In this document: piece by piece, positions 1 to 6,615 of the stretch
Numbering within the stretch: the stretch's first letter is position 1
Layout: every line of letters starts with the position of its first letter
Source: Desulfitobacteriia bacterium
Lineage (GTDB): Bacteria > Bacillota > Desulfitobacteriia > Desulfitobacteriales > Syntrophobotulaceae
NCBI GenBank assembly: GCA_050943335.1
Contig: JBMNOZ010000004.1
Location: 30,399-94,398 of the forward strand
Direction: 5' to 3'
Length of the DNA: 64,000 nucleotides
Program-made: the position numbers and the translations under genes
The notes under the pieces: generated by a model
What the model was told of the DNA's origin: nothing
Databases searched by the model: none
The model's input: the letters and a program-made list of their open reading frames with translations, nothing else

Positions 1-1
1 C

Positions 2-739
2 CATTTAGATAGAGAGGCCTCTTCAGAAAACATAAGTCTTTTTCTCGACGAAGCGCGAAAGAAAGAGATAAAAATTCTTGGCTTTGCGGATCACGATATT
101 TATTGGGAAAACTTGCGCTTCGATCTTATCCGCAATACTGCTTTACGCTATCCGGATTTAGAGGTTAAGATCGGCCTGGAGGTGGATTATCTACCGGGAA
201 AAGAGGGGCAAATAGCAGCGAGGTTAAAAAACAGTTCCCTGGATTATGTTATCGGTTCAGTGCATCAAATCGGAAATTGGTTTTTCGATTTCCCAACGGA
301 GGAGTTGGCTCATCAGCGCTGGGAAGCAGATGACCTATATAAGGTTTATTTTGAGGCGGTCGAAAAATCTGCTACCAGCGGGCTTTTTGATATTATAGGC
401 CATTTCGACCTAATAAAAATTTTTAAGGTTCGGCCCCGAGAAGATGTTAGAGTTTTAGCTTCCCGTGCTTTGGAAGCGATCAAGGATTGTGGGTTAGTTA
501 TGGAGATTAACACTAGTGGTCGCTATAAGCCGATTAAGGAGTTTTATCCAGAGTATAAACTTTTAAAGCGAGCCAAGGAGATGGAAATTCCTTTTACTCT
601 AGGCTCTGATGCTCATGAAGCCGCTAATTTGGGACGGGATCTTGCTGAGGCCAGGGCAATCTTAGTGGAGCTTGAGGTCTGGGAAATAGTTAGTTTTTCG
701 AACCGCAGACCGGAAAAAATTGATCTAAATAGGGTTTAA
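2..739 (+). CDS. PHP-family histidinol-phosphatase (HisJ/HisK type), 5' end cut by window edge
   Basis: Frame stays open from nt 2 (HLDREASS..GFADHD), upstream of the listed TTG at 113. PHP motifs FADHD, GSVH, GHFDLIK, NTSG and GSDAHE are in the translation. Confidence 0.75.
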   Translation, partial: HLDREASSENISLFLDEARKKEIKILGFADHDIYWENLRFDLIRNTALRYPDLEVKIGLEVDYLPGKEGQIAARLKNSSLDYVIGSVHQIGNWFFDFPTEELAHQRWEADDLYKVYFEAVEKSATSGLFDIIGHFDLIKIFKVRPREDVRVLASRALEAIKDCGLVMEINTSGRYKPIKEFYPEYKLLKRAKEMEIPFTLGSDAHEAANLGRDLAEARAILVELEVWEIVSFSNRRPEKIDLNRV

Positions 740-768
740 GTTTTCAAATTCGGGTCATACTAGACAAT

Positions 769-792
769 GAACAAACCCTTTAAGGTTTGTTC
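769..792 (+). terminator. Perfect 9-bp hairpin GAACAAACC-ctttaa-GGTTTGTTC after the phosphatase stop
   Basis: Read directly. No T-tract follows, so a terminator role is uncertain. Confidence 0.3.
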
Positions 793-811
793 CCAACAAC
801 ACAAATAGGAG

Positions 812-976
812 ATGGGTGATTTGTTAGAAAAATGCCGTTTTTGCGGACATGAACACAATGATCTTTCTAAGGTTGCTTTTCGGAGAAACCAGGTCAGCAA
901 CCGTATTCTTCCTTATTGTTCTCATTGTATGAGACGCCTTTACAAAGTTCCTTATCGGCCCGAAAAAATATCCTAA
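812..976 (+). CDS. Small double-CxxC (zinc-ribbon-like) protein, 54 aa; not in ORF track because <60 aa
   Basis: Hand translation: MGDLLEKCRFCGHEHNDLSKVAFRRNQVSNRILPYCSHCMRRLYKVPYRPEKIS, stop at 974-976. AGGAG at 807-811 abuts ATG 812; its spacing suits the in-frame TTG at 821 better. Confidence 0.45.
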   Translation: MGDLLEKCRFCGHEHNDLSKVAFRRNQVSNRILPYCSHCMRRLYKVPYRPEKIS

Positions 977-1025
977 AATACTTAAAATACCGCTGTAAAA
1001 CCCTAAATAGCACTTGCCTTTTCTA

Positions 1026-1065
1026 CTCCTCTTTGTTATAGTTTTTAAGGATATAACAAGAGGAG
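1026..1065 (+). promoter_or_regulatory. 14-bp hairpin (one bulged T) whose 3' arm contains the ferredoxin Shine-Dalgarno
   Basis: CTCCTCTTTGTTATA (1026-1040) pairs with TATAACAAGAGGAG (1052-1065). The SD AGGAGG at 1061-1066 lies in the 3' arm; ATG is at 1076. Confidence 0.45.
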
Positions 1066-1075
1066 GTAGAGAGAT

Positions 1076-1246
1076 ATGGCATATGTAATTACTGAGGATT
1101 GCACAAGTTGTGGCGCTTGTGTCGAAGAGTGCCCAGTTGAAGCTATAAGTGAAGGCGAAGAAACTTATGTTATCGATGCTGATGCTTGCTCAGAATGTGG
1201 TGCTTGTGCAGACGCTTGTCCGGCCGGTGCTATTATTGAAGAATAG
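1076..1246 (+). CDS. Clostridial-type 2x[4Fe-4S] ferredoxin, 56 aa; not in ORF track because <60 aa
   Basis: Hand translation: MAYVITEDCTSCGACVEECPVEAISEGEETYVIDADACSECGACADACPAGAIIEE. It has two CxxCxxCxxxCP motifs. Strong SD AGGAGG sits 9 nt upstream. Confidence 0.88.
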   Translation: MAYVITEDCTSCGACVEECPVEAISEGEETYVIDADACSECGACADACPAGAIIEE

Positions 1247-1296
1247 TAAATATAATAAGTGTATCCAAATTTAAAAGAAAAGATAAGAAATAAGAA

Positions 1297-1337
1297 AGAA
1301 GAGTGCTTTAGAAGCTGCTCTTCTTTTCTTCTTTTTT
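1297..1337 (+). terminator. Rho-independent terminator after ferredoxin
   Basis: AGAAGAG (1297-1303) pairs with CTCTTCT (1318-1324), followed by a T-rich tail tttcttctttttt. Confidence 0.6.
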
Positions 1338-1339
1338 GA

Positions 1340-1368
1340 TTGACGAGTATAATCCCCAGTATTATAAT
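1340..1368 (+). promoter_or_regulatory. Sigma-A type promoter of the Fur-family gene
   Basis: TTGACG (1340-1345), exactly 17 nt spacer, TATAAT (1363-1368). It overlaps an AT-rich dyad TTATAAT-N8-ATTATAA (1362-1383). Confidence 0.55.
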
Positions 1369-1406
1369 AATAAGTAATTATAATAATTTTAAACTTTATC
1401 CATACT

Positions 1407-1874
1407 ATGAAATCATCACTGTTTCTTACTGAGAATTATTTTAGAAAGGATTTGAAGGCTGTGGATGCTGTAAAAATTCTAAAAGGTTTAAAAAGTAAAG
1501 GAATCCGTTTTACTCCTCAAAGGCAGGCTATCTTAGAGTACTTGCTTGCTACCGATACTCATCCTACAGCGGAGGAGATCTATAAGGAAGTAAAGAAAAA
1601 GTTTCCTGGTGTGAGCCTGGGCACCATTTATAACACTCTAAATATGCTTAAAGAGCAGGGTTTTATCCTGGAGTTGCCTTGTGGGGATATGTCCAGCCGT
1701 TTTGACGGTAATCCTGAGAATCATTACCATGTTATGTGTTCAGCGTGTGGTAAGGTGGTTGATTTTCATAATGACCTCCTCACTATGGATGACCTGGTTG
1801 CCAAAAGAACGGGCTTTGATATCCATACTCACAGTTTAATTTTTTATGGTTTATGTCCTCAATGCCAAAAATAG
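1407..1874 (+). CDS. perR: Fur-family metalloregulator, PerR-like
   Basis: RFTPQRQAILEYL winged helix; HPTAEEIY; SSRFDGNPENHYHVMCSACGKVVDFH; and C-terminal CPQC (two CxxC pairs). The HYH plus VDFH pattern resembles B. subtilis PerR more than Fur. No SD precedes ATG 1407; in-frame TTG 1452 and GTG 1461 are alternative starts. Confidence 0.75.
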   Translation: MKSSLFLTENYFRKDLKAVDAVKILKGLKSKGIRFTPQRQAILEYLLATDTHPTAEEIYKEVKKKFPGVSLGTIYNTLNMLKEQGFILELPCGDMSSRFDGNPENHYHVMCSACGKVVDFHNDLLTMDDLVAKRTGFDIHTHSLIFYGLCPQCQK

Positions 1875-1898
1875 AAGAGTTGACGAAAAACATTTCGT

Positions 1899-1922
1899 GC
1901 TGGAAGATTTCCGGCTTTTTTT
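1899..1922 (+). terminator. Rho-independent terminator after perR-like gene
   Basis: GCTGGAA / TTCCGGC stem (one G-U pair) followed by seven T. Confidence 0.6.
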
Positions 1923-1978
1923 ATATAATCACAATATCTTCTGAAATATAACCGAAACAAAAAAACTTGAGGGAATCT

Positions 1979-4120
1979 ATGTTTAAGAAATTTGCGGTAT
2001 TTTTAACGGTTTTATTTGTCCTTACCGGAGTTTCGCTGGCAATATTTTGGCATCACCCTACCAGTTTGGAACTTTATTCTGAGACTAATGTTTCGGCTGT
2101 TTATAGAATAAATCTCGATCTCGGTGGCAAATGGAATAAATACTCTTCTCTGCAGGAAATGCCTCAGGAAGAAAGCGGGATATTTACCGGCGAATCTAGT
2201 ATAGTTCTGCCCTCAGCCCAAGGCTTCAAAGTCGCTGCTAAAAGCTTTAGCGTCTCTAGTAAATGGGGTACAGCGGGTAGCCAGTTGGTGCTAGAGGGCG
2301 TAAATGGTAAAGTGCGTGTCTTTCTTAATGGGATCAGGGAAGCTAACTTTTTGGGAGAATACGAGAGTTCAGGTGGCACTTGCTATCTTGATCTTGCCCC
2401 GGCGCGGCTTGATTATAAGCGAGAAAACATACTTTATTTAGATATGTCCCCCTCCGGTGCAGATAAAAGAAAATTATTCAGCTGGCTTTGGCCCCAAATG
2501 GGGACAATTACCGGGAAAATCCGTTTGGAAGCCGTTTCGGAGTCAACAATTGATATCTCTAGTATTACAATCAATTACAAAGAACCAGAAAAAATTGTTG
2601 TTAATTTAACTATCAGGCACCATCAATCTTTAGATCACGGTCCCTGGGCTATAAGCGGTACTCTAAAAAAAGATGAGCAAACCGTTGCGGAATGCCTTTT
2701 GCCCGTCAATTCCAATGGAGAGTATCTTCAAAAAGTCAGCCTTGTTTTTGACTTGGAAGCTGTAAACTTATGGAGTCCGGAGGAACCTTTTCTTTACGAG
2801 CTCGACCTTCTCTTAACCAATAATCGCGGTCAGGCGGATCGGGTGCAAATGCCCATCGGCATTTCCAAAAAGGCGGGTTCCCCTGCCGCCTGGCAGGTTA
2901 ACGGTGAAAAGTTTACCGTAAAGGCTCAAATAATAACCAAAGAGCAGGAACAATTGCTCCGAAACAAGCAACAAATTGAAAATTTCCTCCGCCAAGCGAA
3001 ACATAAAGGCACCAATGTAATTTATTTTATGGGTTTTTTCCCGCCTGAAACTTGGCTTTATGAGGCTGATCGTCTAGGGATAGGGGTATGGTTGGAACTG
3101 CCGGTTTATTTTACTCCTCGACAAAAGATCCCTCCAGCGGATTATTTTGAAGATCTGTTTTCCATAATAAAACGCCATTCCTCTGTTCTAGCTATAACTG
3201 CGGCTACAGGTCTACCTCCATCGAAAGAGACAAAACAGTATATAGAGGAAGTTAGGAGTATATTTCCTGATCTCCCTGTTTATTCCGCTACGCTCTTTTC
3301 CGATTTAGCCTTAGAAAGTGAAAATGTTCTTCCTCTTACAGGGGATAAAATAAGCGGAGAATGGGGGGAAGCGGAATTTCTTAAAACCGCGGACTTAAAT
3401 TTATTAGATTCCGCAACTCAGGTAAAGTATGATTGGAAGGGAGAAAAAACATTCGCCATTTCTTGGTTGGTTTGGCTCTTCCTTTTAAGTATCCAAAATT
3501 GGCGAGCGCCCAATTGGAAATACAGGGAGCTTTTTAATCCTAATCCGAAAAGGCCCATTCGCAGAGCATTTTTTTGGCGTAATCTTTTTTTCCTCAGCAG
3601 ATTAGGGTCCTGGGCCGCCTTAGCTACTTCGGCCTTGTTTCTCCTGCCCTCTGCTTTTCCTCCTTGGTTTCCCTATGACTTAGCTTGGTTAAATCTGCTT
3701 CGTAGTCAATCCCCTGTACTAATCTGGGCTCTTTTAACGGTTCTGTTACTATTCCTAAGATTTTTCCAAGTCGGTTTAGCAACCACTATGTTCCCCCACA
3801 ATCCCAAAGTCCTTAGCCTTTGCTGTTGGCTGGAAAGAAGATATAATTGGACTATACTCTTAGGGATTACTTGGGTTTTGCTAGTTTACAACTATTACTG
3901 GTATTTCCCTTTAGTTCTTTATCTTTTACTGTCTTTGCTTTTGTTTCCGCTTCGAATTCTGGATATTCGGAGGCAAAAGGGTAAATTTTTTGGTTTGATA
4001 ATTCTTCCCTTGACAGTCATACTTATTTTTGGCCTTGCTTCGTTGCGGCATTTCCAGGATTGGGAGTACTTTTTTGGGCTAATAGAGGCTCTTATTTCTC
4101 TAAGACCGGCGCTTTTTTAA
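1979..4120 (+). CDS. Membrane protein: N-terminal signal anchor, GH2-like (beta-galactosidase/glucuronidase family) ectodomain, C-terminal polytopic membrane domain
   Basis: GH2 hallmark LWSPEEPFLYEL, then NGEKFTVKA and KGTNVIYFMGFFPPETWLYEADRLGIGVWLELP. The last ~240 aa are W/F/L-rich hydrophobic segments. ATG 1979 is preferred over TTG 1967 (GAGGGA upstream). Confidence 0.6.
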   Translation: MFKKFAVFLTVLFVLTGVSLAIFWHHPTSLELYSETNVSAVYRINLDLGGKWNKYSSLQEMPQEESGIFTGESSIVLPSAQGFKVAAKSFSVSSKWGTAGSQLVLEGVNGKVRVFLNGIREANFLGEYESSGGTCYLDLAPARLDYKRENILYLDMSPSGADKRKLFSWLWPQMGTITGKIRLEAVSESTIDISSITINYKEPEKIVVNLTIRHHQSLDHGPWAISGTLKKDEQTVAECLLPVNSNGEYLQKVSLVFDLEAVNLWSPEEPFLYELDLLLTNNRGQADRVQMPIGISKKAGSPAAWQVNGEKFTVKAQIITKEQEQLLRNKQQIENFLRQAKHKGTNVIYFMGFFPPETWLYEADRLGIGVWLELPVYFTPRQKIPPADYFEDLFSIIKRHSSVLAITAATGLPPSKETKQYIEEVRSIFPDLPVYSATLFSDLALESENVLPLTGDKISGEWGEAEFLKTADLNLLDSATQVKYDWKGEKTFAISWLVWLFLLSIQNWRAPNWKYRELFNPNPKRPIRRAFFWRNLFFLSRLGSWAALATSALFLLPSAFPPWFPYDLAWLNLLRSQSPVLIWALLTVLLLFLRFFQVGLATTMFPHNPKVLSLCCWLERRYNWTILLGITWVLLVYNYYWYFPLVLYLLLSLLLFPLRILDIRRQKGKFFGLIILPLTVILIFGLASLRHFQDWEYFFGLIEALISLRPALF

Positions 4121-4135
4121 GGTTCTGGATTCTAT

Positions 4136-4153
4136 TTATAACTTAAGTTATAA
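4136..4153. promoter_or_regulatory. Perfect 18-bp palindrome TTATAACTTAAGTTATAA overlapping a TATAAT hexamer upstream of the DUF1858 gene
   Basis: Read directly. TATAAT lies at 4149-4154, 40 nt before ATG 4194. Candidate operator. Confidence 0.4.
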
Positions 4154-4193
4154 TAGGAAATAATATGTATATTAAACTTGCAGGAGGATTAAT

Positions 4194-4388
4194 ATGATTA
4201 CTAAAGAAATGGTTATTGCTCAGGTTCTTAAAGAATATCCCCAAACAGCTAAAATTTTTTCCTCAATCGGTATGCATTGCTTAGGGTGTCCGTCTTCAAC
4301 AATGGAAACAGTTGAGGGCGCGGCTCTTACTCACGGTAAAGACCCGGATTGGTTAGTGGAGGAATTAAACAAAATAGTGGATAAATAA
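4194..4388 (+). CDS. DUF1858 / hybrid-cluster-protein-associated redox disulfide domain protein
   Basis: 64 aa. It has the typical VLKEYPQTAKIF...GMHCLGCPSSTMETVEGAALTHG pattern. SD AGGAGG is upstream. Confidence 0.75.
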   Translation: MITKEMVIAQVLKEYPQTAKIFSSIGMHCLGCPSSTMETVEGAALTHGKDPDWLVEELNKIVDK

Positions 4389-4407
4389 AGCTAAAAAATT
4401 TTCTGTG

Positions 4408-4435
4408 GGCTTTGCATAGGAAAGCAAAGCCTTTT
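4408..4435 (+). terminator. Rho-independent terminator after DUF1858 gene
   Basis: GGCTTTGC-ataggaaa-GCAAAGCC followed by TTTT. Confidence 0.7.
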
Positions 4436-4511
4436 ACATTTTAAAACCAAGGTATGGTAATATGGTATCGACCCAGAGGGGGACTCTGCCTTTCCATGGT
4501 TCGGTAAATTT

Positions 4512-4543
4512 AAAAAAAATGGGACAAATTTCCCATTTTTTTA
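4512..4543. terminator. Second, A/T-flanked (bidirectional-looking) terminator about 100 nt downstream of the first
   Basis: AAAAAAAATGGGA-caaatt-TCCCATTTTTTTT. Confidence 0.55.
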
Positions 4544-4590
4544 TTTTTTTTAAAAGGCTAGAAGGAAATACAAAACTTGTGTAGAATGAA

Positions 4591-4615
4591 GTGGGATAAG
4601 GTGGGTAAAAGTGGT
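4591..4615 (+). promoter_or_regulatory. Three direct GTGG(G/T) repeats at exact 10-bp spacing: candidate MraZ operator
   Basis: GTGGGATAAG GTGGGTAAAA GTGGTGACTA, starting at 4591, 4601 and 4611. They lie just downstream of a TAGAAT -10-like hexamer (4582-4587) and 30 nt before mraZ. Confidence 0.6.
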
Positions 4616-4645
4616 GACTAAATAATCCCTAGAGGGGTGAATCCT

Positions 4646-5077
4646 ATGTTTATGGGGGAATTCCTCCATACAATAGATAATAAAGGACGCTTGATAATCC
4701 CAGCGAAATTTCGAGAGGCCTTAGGGGATAAATTTATTGTCACTAAAGGTTTAGATAACTGTTTGTTTCTTTACCCTCTAGAGGAATGGAGAATTTTCGA
4801 AACCAAACTTAAGAAATTACCGGTGTCTCAACCAAAGGCTCGGGCTTTTGTGCGATTCTTTTTTTCCGGAGCAGCTGAATGTGAGTTCGATAAACAGGGT
4901 AGAATTTTACTGCCTCTTAATTTGAGGGAATATGCGGCGCTGGAAAAAGAGGTTGTGGTCGTCGGAGTTATGAATAGGATTGAGGTCTGGGATGCCGTGA
5001 AATGGAATGAATACTGTTTAGAGGCGGAGAGCAATTATGAAGAGGCTGCTGAATCGTTGGTTGATTTAGGAATCTAG
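4646..5077 (+). CDS. mraZ: Transcriptional regulator MraZ
   Basis: MFMGEFLHTIDNKGRLIIPAKFR plus a second repeat DKQGRILLP. SD AGAGGGG sits 8 nt before ATG 4646 (ORF track starts at GTG 4637). Confidence 0.93.
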   Translation: MFMGEFLHTIDNKGRLIIPAKFREALGDKFIVTKGLDNCLFLYPLEEWRIFETKLKKLPVSQPKARAFVRFFFSGAAECEFDKQGRILLPLNLREYAALEKEVVVVGVMNRIEVWDAVKWNEYCLEAESNYEEAAESLVDLGI

Positions 5078-5082
5078 GAGGA

Positions 5083-6030
5083 ATGGCGAATTTGAGTTTT
5101 CAACATCGCAGTGTCCTGCTTGAAGAAACAATAGATTTACTTGTTACCGATGCTGAGGGTTTATATGTGGATTGCACTCTCGGGGGAGCCGGGCATGCTA
5201 AGCTTCTCCTGGAAAGGCTTAGTCCCCGGGGGAGGCTGGTCTGTTTTGATCACGATGAAGCCGCCATTAAAAATGCACAAAAAGTCTTTGCCGCTGAAGA
5301 TCGGGTCACTATTTTTCAAAAAAACTTTGTTTTCTTAGAAGAAACTTTGCGCGAGCATAACCTCTTACCGGTTACTGGCATAATGTTCGATCTAGGGGTT
5401 TCTTCTCCCCAGTTGGATGAAGCAGAAAGAGGTTTTAGTTATCAACAAGATTCTCCTTTAGACATGAGAATGGACCGGGGGTCAAAACTGACTGCCGCTG
5501 AGATTGTTAATTCATGGTCTGTAGAAGATTTAACTAGGATTTTTAAGGATTATGGTGAAGAAAAGTGGGCTTCTAGAATTGCCAAATTTATAGAGAAATC
5601 CCGGGCTGTGGAGCCCTTGAAAACAACACATCAGTTGGTTGAAATCATAAAAAAAGCTATTCCCGCTGCGGCGCGCCGAACAGGTCCTCATCCGGCAAAG
5701 AGGATTTTTCAGGCTCTAAGAATTGCAGTAAACAAAGAACTAGAAGTTTTGGAAGCCGCATTAGGCCAAGCTCTAAAATGTTTAGCCAGCGGGGGAAGGA
5801 TTGCTGTTATTAGCTTTCACTCTTTGGAAGATAGGATTGTCAAAAATGTTTTTCAGAAGGGGTTGGGTAAATGCACTTGCCCTCCTGACTTTCCAATTTG
5901 CCAATGTGAGTCCCAGGCTTTTTTAAAGTTAGTTACCAGAAAACCTATTCTTCCTTCGAAAGAGGAATTAGAATCGAATCCCAGAGCAAGAAGTTCCAAG
6001 TTGCGGGTCGCGGAGAAACTTCAGGTCTAA
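5083..6030 (+). CDS. rsmH: 16S rRNA (cytosine1402-N4)-methyltransferase RsmH
   Basis: DCTLGGAGH SAM motif, FDLGVSSPQLD, and ISFHSLEDRIVK. Position after mraZ. Confidence 0.95.
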   Translation: MANLSFQHRSVLLEETIDLLVTDAEGLYVDCTLGGAGHAKLLLERLSPRGRLVCFDHDEAAIKNAQKVFAAEDRVTIFQKNFVFLEETLREHNLLPVTGIMFDLGVSSPQLDEAERGFSYQQDSPLDMRMDRGSKLTAAEIVNSWSVEDLTRIFKDYGEEKWASRIAKFIEKSRAVEPLKTTHQLVEIIKKAIPAAARRTGPHPAKRIFQALRIAVNKELEVLEAALGQALKCLASGGRIAVISFHSLEDRIVKNVFQKGLGKCTCPPDFPICQCESQAFLKLVTRKPILPSKEELESNPRARSSKLRVAEKLQV

Positions 6031-6051
6031 ACAAGGGGGGAGCAGAATACT

Positions 6052-6564
6052 ATGTTAGTGGCAGAAAGAAAACATAATTATGACGAACTTATTGGTCGTC
6101 AATATGTAGAGGAGGATGTCCGGAAGGAATCCGTAAAAAGGAGAAGCCACACCAAAAAACATTCTCAAAAGCTAAGGCTGCAAAGTCTGGTTATCGTCTT
6201 GGCCATTATTACCATGTTTGGAATTATTGGAGCCAAAACCGTCCATATCAATATTGTTAAAGGAGCGGAGATCAAGGCCTTAGAGAGTGAACTCCAAGCT
6301 TTAAATATCGAAAGGGATTTATTACAGGTGGAAGTAGATCGCTTACGCTCTGTAGCAAGAATTGAAAAAGCGGCTTTAGCAATGGGCATGGAAAAACCTG
6401 AAGAGACTATTTATATTGCCGAAGACCTGATTCCATTAGAAAAAGCGGCAGGGGTGGACCAAACTCAAGAGATTGCCGTAACACCGAGTGAAAGCGAAAC
6501 TAATTCCGTGGTAGATAAAATTTTTCATGTTTTCACCAGCTTTTTTGGCTCAACCCAAAGGTAA
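6052..6564 (+). CDS. ftsL: Cell division protein FtsL (single TM plus coiled coil)
   Basis: Basic N-terminus, one TM (LVIVLAIITMFGIIG), a heptad-like region, and the canonical position between rsmH and the PBP gene. Confidence 0.8.
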   Translation: MLVAERKHNYDELIGRQYVEEDVRKESVKRRSHTKKHSQKLRLQSLVIVLAIITMFGIIGAKTVHINIVKGAEIKALESELQALNIERDLLQVEVDRLRSVARIEKAALAMGMEKPEETIYIAEDLIPLEKAAGVDQTQEIAVTPSESETNSVVDKIFHVFTSFFGSTQR

Positions 6565-6615
6565 ACGCATTTTTTGAGTTCTAGTCTACCCCTAAAACTT
6601 GGGGGTAGAATTTTT

